Source: Candidatus Woesearchaeota archaeon (GTDB taxonomy: Archaea > Nanobdellota > Nanobdellia > Woesearchaeales > SKGA01). Taken from it: a stretch of 43,356 nt of DNA. The DNA lies in NCBI GenBank assembly GCA_016926395.1, contig JAFGOT010000017.1, forward strand, positions 1-43,356. Reading direction: 5' to 3'. A program made the position numbers and the translations under genes. This document shows, piece by piece, positions 26,618-35,963 of this stretch. Within the stretch, counting starts at the first letter, position 1; the number at the start of each line of letters is the position of its first letter. The notes beneath the pieces are model-generated. The model saw nothing but the letters and a program-made list of their open reading frames with translations, had not been told where the DNA came from and made no database searches.

Positions 26618-27782
26618 CTAAATTCAACTCTTTTTTAAAACGCTTGAAAAAAGGATGATTAATATCTTTAAACTGTGAATTAAAAACATTTCGGTCTCGA
26701 GAATCAAAATAAGCGAATGCACATATATTTTTGTATGAATTAAACAATTCCGCTTCTGAAACAGTTCCTTCAACAACATGCTTCCAATCTCTTCCTTCAT
26801 CTACCCATTGAACACCATATTTAGCCTTAGGTAACATAGATAATTGACCATTTTTACTTTGGTGAAATAATAAAGGAACATTGGAACCCGCAGCTCTAGA
26901 AACATCAACATTTCCACTAATTCTATAATTAGCTTCAATAAAATAATAATCGCCGTTGATTGAACTTCTTTTGAAATCTATATCAACCGGACCATTCAAA
27001 CTTAGTTCTTTTAAAAATGCATTTGAGAGACGTTCAAGTTCAGGGTTATAAACAGTCTCTAAAAAAGTTCCACTTCCAACCAACATATCAGGATGTTGTC
27101 TTATTTTCTGAATAACTACAGGCGTATAAGGAGTTCCATCTGAAAGAACAAAACCTTGAGTCTCGAATAAATCAGTGACTAAACCAGGAACATACTCAGC
27201 AATAAGAAGATGAGAACAATACTTTATTTTTTCATTAATCAATTTTTTTAATTCATCTTTATTATCTGCAATACCCATCATATCTTTATAGCCTTCAAGG
27301 CTATTCTCAGGTTTTACAAAAGCAGGAAAAACAGCATTTTCAATTATCTTATCTGTAGAATCTCCTTTGACTAAAATAGCATTTTGAGGAACTTTAAGAC
27401 CTGCTTTCTCTGCAACAAGACCCATCTCTTTTTTAGACATTATCTTTTCTAAATCATACTTATCAGAATCAGGAACATGATAGTAGGGTTTCAATTCATT
27501 TCCAAACTTAGCGATGAATTCAACCATAGGATCTGAAGCAACAAAAATAGTAGCAGGAGATTCAAGATGTTTAGCATTCTCTAAAAGAAATTCCAAAGTC
27601 ATTTCATAAGAATCATTAATTGAAATTATAGAATTATTAACAAAAGAAGAATTTTGCGCTATTGGAGAATACTTAGTAGTATGAATTCCTAAAATATCAA
27701 TATCATTTCCACTCAGACATTTTGCTGTAGCATACCCTGTTGAACTCAAATCTAAAATTACTGCAGATCCTTCTTTTTTCAT
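26607..27782 (-). CDS. ATP-grasp carboxylate-amine ligase (D-aspartate ligase-like)
   Basis: SKKEM, FPAFVKP, AEYVPG, KIRQHP, IDFK, YYFIEANYR. Confidence 0.85.
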   Translation of the reverse strand: MKKEGSAVILDLSSTGYATAKCLSGNDIDILGIHTTKYSPIAQNSSFVNNSIISINDSYEMTLEFLLENAKHLESPATIFVASDPMVEFIAKFGNELKPYYHVPDSDKYDLEKIMSKKEMGLVAEKAGLKVPQNAILVKGDSTDKIIENAVFPAFVKPENSLEGYKDMMGIADNKDELKKLINEKIKYCSHLLIAEYVPGLVTDLFETQGFVLSDGTPYTPVVIQKIRQHPDMLVGSGTFLETVYNPELERLSNAFLKELSLNGPVDIDFKRSSINGDYYFIEANYRISGNVDVSRAAGSNVPLLFHQSKNGQLSMLPKAKYGVQWVDEGRDWKHVVEGTVSEAELFNSYKNICAFAYFDSRDRNVFNSQFKDINHPFFKRFKKELNLDGE

Positions 27783-27784
27783 AA

Positions 27785-29101
27785 TTACACCTTTTTAATA
27801 TAAGATTTAACCATATTTGTTAAATTAATTTCTTGAATTGATCTATTAATCTCATTTTCCGCAATTGACAAAATATTACAAATTGGCTCTTCTGCGGGAA
27901 TAATAGTTCCTTTTTCATGAACTCCAAAAATACCACCCTCCAAATCATTGAAAGAATCTTTTTTAGATTTTACAGGAAAATCACCAACTATTTTAACAGC
28001 ATGAGGAAGTTTATACACTTGCTTTTTCCAAACAAAATCATCAGAATCAACCAAATAATTAGTATCTATTTGATTTCCTAAAAGAGCTTGTGCTTCAACA
28101 TCCATGAATTTTTTTCTTTCAGGATTTAACTTATCCATATGAAGAGCAACTTCTAAACTAGTTCCACCAGAACGAGGATTAATTTCAATAAAATAAATTG
28201 AATTATTTTTTAAGAAATCAGTTCCCCACATACCCAAATAAGGCAATTTGTTATTTTTCAACTCACCACCAATAATATCTAAATACGTCTTGAAATCTTC
28301 TGAAAAACTTTGTTTCTGATTATTATAACCAGTTCCGCACCAAGAAGTTTGGTTTCTTAAAACCATCTCTGAAATAGGACCGCTAAGAACATTCCCAAAA
28401 ATATCAACTATACTGTATGTTGAAAGTGAACTAGCATCATCCAACCAAGTTTCAACAATGTAAGGAACATCCCCTTTTTCTTTAATCCAATTTTTTAGTT
28501 GGTTTTGATTTTGGATTCGTTTAATTCCTGTACCACCACCGCCTAACTCAACAGCAACGGCAACACCTGCTCCTTTATCAAGTCGTTTTACAACATCAGA
28601 TAATTCATCTTTAGAAGTGATGACAGGATTATTAAGAGGAACTTTTCCATTCAATAATTTTTTATTTTCTAATTTATTATCAAAATAGTTAACAGATTCA
28701 AAACTTGGAGCTAAAGTTATAATTCTAGGATTTTCAAATTGCATTCCTTGATTCATAGTTAAAGGTTTCATATACACAACAGAATCATTTAGTAAAACAG
28801 TATCAATAATTTTTTTCAGACCCTCATCTTCAGAAGCTAATTTACTAATTAAGTAAGGTTGTTCAAAATTATTTTGAACAATAAATCTTTTTGATATATC
28901 TTTTTTTAAATCAGGATTTATTACAATAGTATTTGGAGGTAAACTTTTTTGAAAAAAAGAAGTTATTACACCAATTTCAAAATCTGAATAAAGCTCATTA
29001 AAATTCTCAACAGAATAAGGAGATGCTGCAATCACAAACATTTTTGGTTTGTTGGTTTTAAAATTAACACTATTATATACAATATTATTCAAATTGATCA
29101 C
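27785..29101 (-). CDS. Second ATP-grasp ligase
   Basis: GGGGTGI loop, YIVETWL, GMWGTDF, IYFIEINPRSGG. Confidence 0.8.
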   Translation of the reverse strand: MINLNNIVYNSVNFKTNKPKMFVIAASPYSVENFNELYSDFEIGVITSFFQKSLPPNTIVINPDLKKDISKRFIVQNNFEQPYLISKLASEDEGLKKIIDTVLLNDSVVYMKPLTMNQGMQFENPRIITLAPSFESVNYFDNKLENKKLLNGKVPLNNPVITSKDELSDVVKRLDKGAGVAVAVELGGGGTGIKRIQNQNQLKNWIKEKGDVPYIVETWLDDASSLSTYSIVDIFGNVLSGPISEMVLRNQTSWCGTGYNNQKQSFSEDFKTYLDIIGGELKNNKLPYLGMWGTDFLKNNSIYFIEINPRSGGTSLEVALHMDKLNPERKKFMDVEAQALLGNQIDTNYLVDSDDFVWKKQVYKLPHAVKIVGDFPVKSKKDSFNDLEGGIFGVHEKGTIIPAEEPICNILSIAENEINRSIQEINLTNMVKSYIKKV

Positions 29102-29855
29102 CTATAAAATTCATAAAATTAATTCGAACATCTTCTGGTTTAGACTCTCTAATCCAAGGACTAAGATAAGGAACTTTTTGCAAAAGCACATCTAAAATAA
29201 AATCTCGTTGACCAAATTCTTCAACAGACAATAAGTGATTTTTTAGAATACCTTCTTGTGAGGAATATATTTTTAGCAAATCTTTTTTTTTAGATAATTC
29301 ATCTTCATTTAAAGTCCTTTTGTAAAAACTCAAATAAGTAGAAGTGGGTGGAAATTCAGTTATACAAACACCTTCATCAAATTTATAATTTGGAAACTCC
29401 CAAACAGGAATACTATTATTTTTAGCAACCATGTGACTTGCAAACCAAGCAACTTCATGATCAGGGTGTGTTTGAGGAAAACCATGAGTTACAATTTGTT
29501 CTATTTTCCAATCAACTACAAAAGAGTCTAACTTTTCTATTACCTTAGAAACATTATTAATTAAGTCTTGATCGCTAAATTTAAAATTAAAAAAATTAGC
29601 GACACCTAAAGATTCAAAAGCTTTAGAATCTTCTTCCAATCTCTTTTTTGCATATTCTTTTGGATTTTTGTAGGAAACACCATCGTCACCCACCACAGGA
29701 TAATCTATTTCAAATAAAGGAGCACCATCAGTTAAAGTAAGAACATAAGAATTTTCAGGACAATCCAAAATAGTTATACCTGCAAAAATAGGAATATCAT
29801 CAGGATGAGCACCTACAAATAAAGTTTTTTTATTAAGTGAAAATAATTTGTTCAT
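29085..29855 (-). CDS. PIG-L/LmbE family deacetylase
   Basis: GAHPDD, LTDGAP, R.EE, THPDHE. Confidence 0.88.
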   Translation of the reverse strand: MNKLFSLNKKTLFVGAHPDDIPIFAGITILDCPENSYVLTLTDGAPLFEIDYPVVGDDGVSYKNPKEYAKKRLEEDSKAFESLGVANFFNFKFSDQDLINNVSKVIEKLDSFVVDWKIEQIVTHGFPQTHPDHEVAWFASHMVAKNNSIPVWEFPNYKFDEGVCITEFPPTSTYLSFYKRTLNEDELSKKKDLLKIYSSQEGILKNHLLSVEEFGQRDFILDVLLQKVPYLSPWIRESKPEDVRINFMNFIGDQFE

Positions 29856-29884
29856 TTAAACCCCCTTTAAAAAAATAAAAAAAA

Positions 29885-31150
29885 CTAAAAAGAAATTGAT
29901 GACTCAACAGAAGGCTTAACAAAAGATTCATTTTCTTTGAAAGAATCAAGCAAAATATTAACTCGTTCTACAGTAAAGTCATTGGCCATAGAGTGGATTA
30001 AAAACTTGTTCTCGGAATAATATGAATTAGCGTTCAGTTCTGGTAAGATAAGAGTTTTGTTTAATATTGACGTATCAACTAACCTCTCCTCTATTAAATC
30101 ACCATATAATCTAACTTGCTCAACGTCATCAACATGAACACTGTTTAGTGAAGCAACTTTTGTAAAGTTAAGTTTGAAAATTCTAGGATTTTTTACTATT
30201 TGAGAGAATGTTTCAGGAAAATCTTCTTTTAGCGCTCTAAAGTAAGCACCAATTATATTTTTTCCAATCATTTTTTTACCTTCTAATTCAGTAGAAGTTT
30301 GATCGACAATTCCAAGGTTTACATCAATTGCTAATGCGGCTTCATCCAATAAGTTGCTTATTTGCATAAGTGAATAAACTTCAATACCATACCTTGTTGG
30401 AATTCGCATATTTTTCCAAATGTCAGCAGAAGCACCATAACCACCAGAAATAGGCCCTTCAAATTCATTCACCCCAGGATGAGTGCCAATATCATTAAGA
30501 AGCTGCATAAGTGGTCTTGCTAAATTTCGACTCACACAACTATTTAATAAAGTATCACAAGTAGGAATAACTCTACCTTCTTCATTGCAAAAATCAATAA
30601 CCGTTTGCCATTCATCTTCTAGTTCGAAAGTAGCCTTCACTAATTGAGCATCTTCTTTTTCAATAGGACCTATTAACCCATTCAAAAATCTTGGATGAAT
30701 ATTGAAAAAATCACTATCTAAAAATATAAAATGGTCGCCAGTAGCAACTGCCATTCCAACATACATTGTTCGACCTTTACCAGGTGCTTTTCCTGGTTCT
30801 ACGGTTTTTTTACCAAATAATTTTTCAAATCGAGGATCAAAAACACTAACAGCTTTAACAGGCAAAGGTAAACCTTTTTCTTTTGCTAATGCAATCATAG
30901 AAGCAAAAGGTTCTGTTTTGATTGCAGATGAAAGAAATTCATTAATAGTTCTACCATCGTCTGAACTATCAGCTAAAATAATTTCATGAATAAAACCAGC
31001 TTCCATCAATTCTGCAAATTCAGGAAGATATCTTCCAATTGTTTGATGCTCATTTCGTGCTGGAAGAATCACACTAATTTTTTTAGTGCCGGAGGGTGTT
31101 GTTTTTGCCAAATCGTCATATTCTCTGTGGTGTTTTCGTAGTATTTTCAT
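29885..31150 (-). CDS. GT-A glycosyltransferase, glucosyl-3-phosphoglycerate synthase (GpgS)-like
   Basis: ILPARNE, DSSDD, GKG, FLDSD, PISGGY and YGIEV match the GpgS/MpgS layout. Confidence 0.75.
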   Translation of the reverse strand: MKILRKHHREYDDLAKTTPSGTKKISVILPARNEHQTIGRYLPEFAELMEAGFIHEIILADSSDDGRTINEFLSSAIKTEPFASMIALAKEKGLPLPVKAVSVFDPRFEKLFGKKTVEPGKAPGKGRTMYVGMAVATGDHFIFLDSDFFNIHPRFLNGLIGPIEKEDAQLVKATFELEDEWQTVIDFCNEEGRVIPTCDTLLNSCVSRNLARPLMQLLNDIGTHPGVNEFEGPISGGYGASADIWKNMRIPTRYGIEVYSLMQISNLLDEAALAIDVNLGIVDQTSTELEGKKMIGKNIIGAYFRALKEDFPETFSQIVKNPRIFKLNFTKVASLNSVHVDDVEQVRLYGDLIEERLVDTSILNKTLILPELNANSYYSENKFLIHSMANDFTVERVNILLDSFKENESFVKPSVESSISF

Positions 31151-31404
31151 AAAAAATCACGTCTTTAAAAGCGGGAATGTTAATTCAAATATAAATATAA
31201 CGTTTTTTTAACAATTCACTTAGCATAAATATATGTAAAATGGCTAAATAACGCCAAAATAAACTTCTTTTCGCAAAAAAAGGTTAAAAAACCATGTAGA
31301 AAGGCCAAAAAAGAGAATTTCTATAAAAGAACAAACCCACACCAATATACAATATAGTATACTAAAACACAATATTTATATACTAGTATGTCAATGTCAG
31401 ATGT

Positions 31405-31812
31405 ATGGTTATGTTGTTCAATCAATTTAACCTTCCCGAAGATGTGTATGAAATCATCTTCGCAACTACACAACAAGTGGAAGTTGCTCGACTCCTAATC
31501 GATGAGATGAAGGTCAAGGGAGGAGAGATTGGAAAAACAGAAATGAGTCTCTTTGCTACCGCTCTACATGACGGTATAACAACAGAAACTATGACCAACG
31601 GTCCTTTCCGGCAGAAAAAGAAGGTGAGTATATCATACAATAAACGGCAATTTTACGACCGTATATTGACCCCAATGAAAACAATGGGCTTAATCGATTA
31701 TGATTTGTACAAAAAAACGTACAAAATCAGCGAGAAGTTCAATAAGAACATGATGAGAATCGGTCTTATGTGGCTTCAAGAACTTCGAAAAAGTCCGCTT
31801 GAATTACGATAA
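31405..31812 (+). CDS. Hypothetical protein, probable winged-helix
   Basis: ISYNKRQFYDRILTPMKTMGLIDYDLYKKTYKIS resembles a recognition helix plus wing. Confidence 0.7.
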   Translation: MVMLFNQFNLPEDVYEIIFATTQQVEVARLLIDEMKVKGGEIGKTEMSLFATALHDGITTETMTNGPFRQKKKVSISYNKRQFYDRILTPMKTMGLIDYDLYKKTYKISEKFNKNMMRIGLMWLQELRKSPLELR

Positions 31813-31859
31813 AACAACCAAAGCAACAACAAACTTTATCGTTTTCAAATAACCCCCTA

Positions 31860-32016
31860 AAAGCACATCATGTGCTTTCACGATTAATAGAAGTTGGATG
31901 GCAACATCCTTCTCCTTTGTAAACCCCCCAAGAAAAGAAGGTGTCTTCCGCGAGAGTTTCTTCTTGTAAACCACCCCTCCCCTAAACCCCTAACTTACGT
32001 GGAAGATCCTTCTTTT
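31860..32016 (+). ncRNA. Candidate structured non-coding RNA or 3' UTR
   Basis: Three predicted stems: AAAGCACA-TCA-TGTGCTTT, GGATG-GCAA-CATCC, and a long stem 31933-31952 / 31998-32016. Confidence 0.4.
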
Positions 32017-32118
32017 ATTTTTTCTAAAATCAAAATATAACCAAAAATACACATCCCACAAGATTTATAAATAATAATTCTAGAAATAAGTACATCCTGC
32101 TTATTATTGAATAAGCAA

Positions 32119-32192
32119 AAGAGGTAAAAAAAATGCAAACAAAAATGAATTTTCATTTTTGAGTATTTTTTTAACAAGAGGTAAAAAAAATG
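32119..32192. repeat. 17-bp direct repeat of SD plus start codon enclosing palindrome copy E (32140-32161)
   Basis: AAGAGGTAAAAAAAATG at 32119-32135 and 32176-32192. CAAAAATGAA-TT-TTCATTTTTG-AG lies between them. Confidence 0.9.
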
Positions 32193-32495
32193 AGTTGCAA
32201 AGTTCTACGTGAAAGAATCATGCGTGAATCTAATATCGAAATTAGAAAAAGACAAGAAAGCATAATGCGAAGAAATCACACAATATTACTAATACTATTC
32301 TTAGGTGGCGGATATTTGGTATTTAGAAGCCTACTAACATACGCACAAGGAATTTTTGTTGCAGCTATTTTCCTAGCATGGTATGGATATTTAGAAAACT
32401 ATCTTCACAGATATGAAGAACATACTAACGCTCTAATCAAAGGCGTTAAAGGAGTAGAAGCAGCAACAAAAGTTGCAAAATCTAAAAAGAAATAA
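32190..32495 (+). CDS. Small two-TM membrane protein
   Basis: GAGGT SD and two hydrophobic helices. Confidence 0.75.
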   Translation: MSCKVLRERIMRESNIEIRKRQESIMRRNHTILLILFLGGGYLVFRSLLTYAQGIFVAAIFLAWYGYLENYLHRYEEHTNALIKGVKGVEAATKVAKSKKK

Positions 32496-32514
32496 TTGAA
32501 GCAATGCTTCAATT
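32494..32514. terminator. Perfect inverted repeat between convergent genes (possible bidirectional terminator)
   Basis: AATTGAAGCA-A-TGCTTCAATT followed by a T tract. Confidence 0.5.
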
Positions 32515-32553
32515 TTTATTTTAACAAAATAATAAATCAAATTTAGTAAATTT

Positions 32554-32901
32554 CTACCACTTTTTAACTTCAGAAAGAACTGCATTATACCACTCAGATA
32601 CAACTTCAGTTATTCTTTTACGCAAATACTCTTTGTCTTTAATTTTATAAACAAAAATATAACCTCCTTGATCAAGGTTAACTTGATGTTTATGAACTAA
32701 ATCCATGTCAAGCAAGTGCTTGATTGCTTTTTGTATAGTGGTTCTATCTTTGCTAACCATTTCACCAATAGAAGAAGCGCAAAGAGATTCAGTTTGCTTC
32801 ATTAAAAAGAGCAAAAGATTATACTCTGTTTTGTTAAGATTAAAACTACACATCAAAATATCTTTCAAATCAATTTGTTTACAAGCAAACGAAACCACCA
32901 C
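32554..32901 (-). CDS. Winged-helix transcriptional regulator (TrmB-like HTH)
   Basis: CSFNLNKTEY, DRTTIQKAIKHL, GGYIFVY. Start placed at GTG 32901 after GGAGGA; the track uses TTG 32907. Confidence 0.85.
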   Translation of the reverse strand: MVVSFACKQIDLKDILMCSFNLNKTEYNLLLFLMKQTESLCASSIGEMVSKDRTTIQKAIKHLLDMDLVHKHQVNLDQGGYIFVYKIKDKEYLRKRITEVVSEWYNAVLSEVKKW

Positions 32902-32903
32902 AA

Positions 32904-33845
32904 TCAATCCTCCAAACTTTCTTTATGTTCGATAAATCTTTGTGCATCAAGAGCAGCTTTACAACCACTACCAGCAGCTGTAATAGCTTGACGATAAGTA
33001 GGATCAGCCACATCACCTGCAGCAAACAAACCTTCAACATTAGTTTTTGAAGTACCAGGAATAACTTTCAAGTAACCACGTTCATCAATTTGAGCAATAT
33101 CTTTTACCAAATCAACATTAGGTTGATGACCAATAGCAAGGAAAACACCATCACAAGAAAGTTCAGATAATTCCCCAGTAATAGTATTTTTTAGAACAAG
33201 GCCTTCAACTTTATTTTCACCAAGAACTTCATCAACACCACTATTAAGAACTAATTCTATTTTCGGATTTGCTTTAACTCTATCAACCATAATAGGACTA
33301 GCTTTGAATTCATCACGTCTGTGAACCAAATAAACTTTAGATGCAAATTTAGTTAAGAAATTTGCTTCCTCCATAGCAGAGTCTCCACCACCAATAACAG
33401 CAACAACTTTATCTTTAAAGAAGAAACCATCACAAGTAGCACAAGCACTAACACCTTTTCCTTTAAGTCTATCTTCACTTTCTAAACCTAAATATCTAGC
33501 ACTAGCACCTGTAGCAAGAATAACAGATTTAGCAGAATAAATAGTTTCACCGCTTTTTACTTTGTAAGGATAAGAAGACATATCAACAGAATCAACAGAT
33601 TCGAATTTATCAACAGCACCAAAACGAATAGCTTGCTCTCTCATTTGACTAACAAGTTCGTTGCCATCAATACCTTTTGGAAAACCAGGAAAATTTTCAA
33701 CTTCAGTAGTAGTTGTTAGTTGGCCTCCAGGCAAAGTTCCTTCAAGAATTAAAGTAGAATGATTAGCACGAGCGCCATAAATACCTGCAGTAAATCCAGC
33801 AGGACCGCCGCCTATAATAATAATATCATAATTTGTTTCTTCCAT
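32904..33845 (-). CDS. trxB: Thioredoxin reductase
   Basis: GGGPAG, GGQL, CATCDG, GGGDSA, HRR, FAAGDV, RQAITAAGSG. Confidence 0.97.
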   Translation of the reverse strand: MEETNYDIIIIGGGPAGFTAGIYGARANHSTLILEGTLPGGQLTTTTEVENFPGFPKGIDGNELVSQMREQAIRFGAVDKFESVDSVDMSSYPYKVKSGETIYSAKSVILATGASARYLGLESEDRLKGKGVSACATCDGFFFKDKVVAVIGGGDSAMEEANFLTKFASKVYLVHRRDEFKASPIMVDRVKANPKIELVLNSGVDEVLGENKVEGLVLKNTITGELSELSCDGVFLAIGHQPNVDLVKDIAQIDERGYLKVIPGTSKTNVEGLFAAGDVADPTYRQAITAAGSGCKAALDAQRFIEHKESLED

Positions 33846-33897
33846 TTCTATACACCTAGGATTTTCAAAAAAGAAAAAATAAAGAAAAAATCAACGC

Positions 33898-34215
33898 TTA
33901 AAGCATCGAATCAATTCTCTGTTTTAGAAGATCTTTTGGCAAGAATCCAACTAATCGATTAACTTCTTTACCATCTTTAGCAAGAACTAAAGTAGGAATA
34001 CCTTGAATTCCAAAAGGGCCTGCAAGTTCAGGATAATCCTCTGTATTAATTTTAACAAAATTAATTTTACCCTCATAAACTGTAGAAAGTTCTTCAAATA
34101 CAGGACCCATCATTTTACAAGGACCACACCAAGGAGCCCAAAAATCAATTAGGACTGGAAGGTCGGATTTTACTATTTTCTCTTCAAAATTTTCTGGAGT
34201 TATATGTTCTACCAT
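33898..34215 (-). CDS. trxA: Thioredoxin
   Basis: DFWAPWCGPCK and GIPT. ATG at 34215 has a GGTGAT SD; the track starts at TTG 34230. Confidence 0.97.
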   Translation of the reverse strand: MVEHITPENFEEKIVKSDLPVLIDFWAPWCGPCKMMGPVFEELSTVYEGKINFVKINTEDYPELAGPFGIQGIPTLVLAKDGKEVNRLVGFLPKDLLKQRIDSML

Positions 34216-34284
34216 TTGTATATCACCCAACGTTTGTTAGTTTATGCGTACTTTACGCACTAGTGATTAGAATATTCGCACTCA

Positions 34285-34292
34285 TTTATAAA
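34285..34292 (-). promoter_or_regulatory. Putative TATA box for trxA-trxB-HTH
   Basis: TTTATAAA upstream of trxA. The leader contains the hairpin TGCGTA-CTT-TACGCA (34245-34259). Confidence 0.45.
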
Positions 34293-34355
34293 CATGATGA
34301 AGCTGTGCTAAAGAAGAGAAAAAATAATCACAACCGAAGAAAGAAAAAGAAAAAA

Positions 34356-35840
34356 CTAATCTACCTTATCTAAAGGTTTCATAGTTGGAAAGAAAATAAT
34401 ATCTCGAATTGATTCTTGACCAAGAAGGATCATAATCATTCTATCAATACCAATGCCAATACCACCTGCAATAGGCATGCCTGTTTCCATAGCATCTAAG
34501 AATTGTTCATCAATAGGATTAGCCTCATCATCACCTGCATCAAGTTGTCTTTGTTGATCTTCTAAAAGAGTTCTTTGAAGAACAGGATCATTTAATTCAG
34601 AATAAGCATTACCTAGTTCCATACCCATACAAAATGGTTCGAATCGCTCAATAAGACGAGCATCACCAGATCTCAGACCCTTACATAAAGGAGTAGATTC
34701 ACGAGGATGGTCTATTATGAAAGTAGGGTTAATATATTTATCTTCACAAAAATGTTCAAAAATTGCACCAACTAAATTACCCCAATTAACTTCTTTTTCA
34801 AAATCAATTAGATTTTCTTCAACAAAATCTTGAAGCTGAGTTGCATCCATATTTAGAACATCAATGCCCGCATGTTCTTTTATAGAATCAGCCATCGTAA
34901 TTCTTGGCCAAGGCTTTTTAACATCAATTTTTTGACCTTTAAATTCAACAATAGTAGTTCCTAAAACTTTGTTTGCAACAAAATCATACATTGATTCCAT
35001 CAAGTCCATCATATCATGGTAATCAGCATAAGCTTGATATGCTTCAAGTAAAGTAAACTCAGGATTATGTGTTGTATCAATACCTTCATTTCGAAAATTT
35101 TTATTAATCTCAAAAACTTTTTCAAAACCACCAACTAATAATTGTTTTAAAAATAATTCAGGACTAATTCTAAGATACATATCCATATCAAGTTCATTAT
35201 GATGAGTTACAAAAGGCTTAGCAGAAGCACCACCATATTGTGTTTGTAAAATAGGCGTTTCAACTTCTAAGAAACCACGCTGAATCATAAATTCACGAAT
35301 AGCTTGAAGAATTCGTAGTCTTTTTTCAAAAATATCTTTACTACCTTTGTTCATAATCAAATCCAAATGTCGTCTTCGATATTTTATCTCAGTATCTTTA
35401 ACGCCGTGAAATTTTTCAGGAAGAGTTTTAATAGCCTTACAAAGAATAACATACTCTTTAGCATGAACAGTAACTTCACCCATTCTGGTTTTAAAAATAG
35501 AACCTTTAACACCAATAATGTCTCCAATATCTAATTTTTTTAGAAGTTTGTAAGTGTCGGAACCAACATCATCACTTCTAAGATAAACTTGAAGAGAACC
35601 TTCACCATCTTGTATTGTAACAAATGAAGCTTTACCCATATTACGCATAAGCATAATACGACCAGCAACTGAAACGACATCATCAACATGATCCTCAGGT
35701 TCTAATGAAGAATAATCACTCTTAATAACAGAAGACTTCTTAGTAACATCAAACTTGTGAGGGTACGGGTTTATACCTAGCTCTTTAAGCTCGTTAAGTT
35801 TTCTGACTCGTTCTTGTATTAAACGGTTTTCTTCTGCCAT
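34356..35840 (-). CDS. lysS: Lysine-tRNA ligase, class II
   Basis: OB-fold AGRIM..R.MGK, LEVETPIL, LRISPEL, FRNEGIDTTHNPEF, GNAYSELND, GIGIDR. Confidence 0.97.
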   Translation of the reverse strand: MAEENRLIQERVRKLNELKELGINPYPHKFDVTKKSSVIKSDYSSLEPEDHVDDVVSVAGRIMLMRNMGKASFVTIQDGEGSLQVYLRSDDVGSDTYKLLKKLDIGDIIGVKGSIFKTRMGEVTVHAKEYVILCKAIKTLPEKFHGVKDTEIKYRRRHLDLIMNKGSKDIFEKRLRILQAIREFMIQRGFLEVETPILQTQYGGASAKPFVTHHNELDMDMYLRISPELFLKQLLVGGFEKVFEINKNFRNEGIDTTHNPEFTLLEAYQAYADYHDMMDLMESMYDFVANKVLGTTIVEFKGQKIDVKKPWPRITMADSIKEHAGIDVLNMDATQLQDFVEENLIDFEKEVNWGNLVGAIFEHFCEDKYINPTFIIDHPRESTPLCKGLRSGDARLIERFEPFCMGMELGNAYSELNDPVLQRTLLEDQQRQLDAGDDEANPIDEQFLDAMETGMPIAGGIGIGIDRMIMILLGQESIRDIIFFPTMKPLDKVD

Positions 35841-35865
35841 AGTACAGCTTAAAAAATAGGCTTTG

Positions 35866-35873
35866 TTTATAAA
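35866..35873 (-). promoter_or_regulatory. Putative TATA box for lysS (near-leaderless transcript)
   Basis: TTTATAAA 26 nt upstream of the ATG. Confidence 0.5.
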
Positions 35874-35899
35874 ATTAGCGAGAAAGAAAGAAAATAAAA

Positions 35900-35963
35900 C
35901 TAAAATGAAGCGTTTATAGTCCTCAAAAATGAAATTTTTGGGACATTAAAAAGAAGCTTTTAT
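35900..35963. repeat. Diverged duplicate of the DHH gene 3' end enclosing palindrome copy D (35924-35940)
   Basis: In-gene ATA AAA GCT TCT TTT TAA versus downstream ATA AAC GCT TCA TTT TAG. The minus strand between them reads GTCC-CAAAAAT-TTC-ATTTTTG-AGGAC. Confidence 0.8.

Noticed and set aside
31921-31995. G-string (minus strand) as an ORB or replication origin
   Set aside because: No ORB consensus and no orc1/cdc6 gene in the window.
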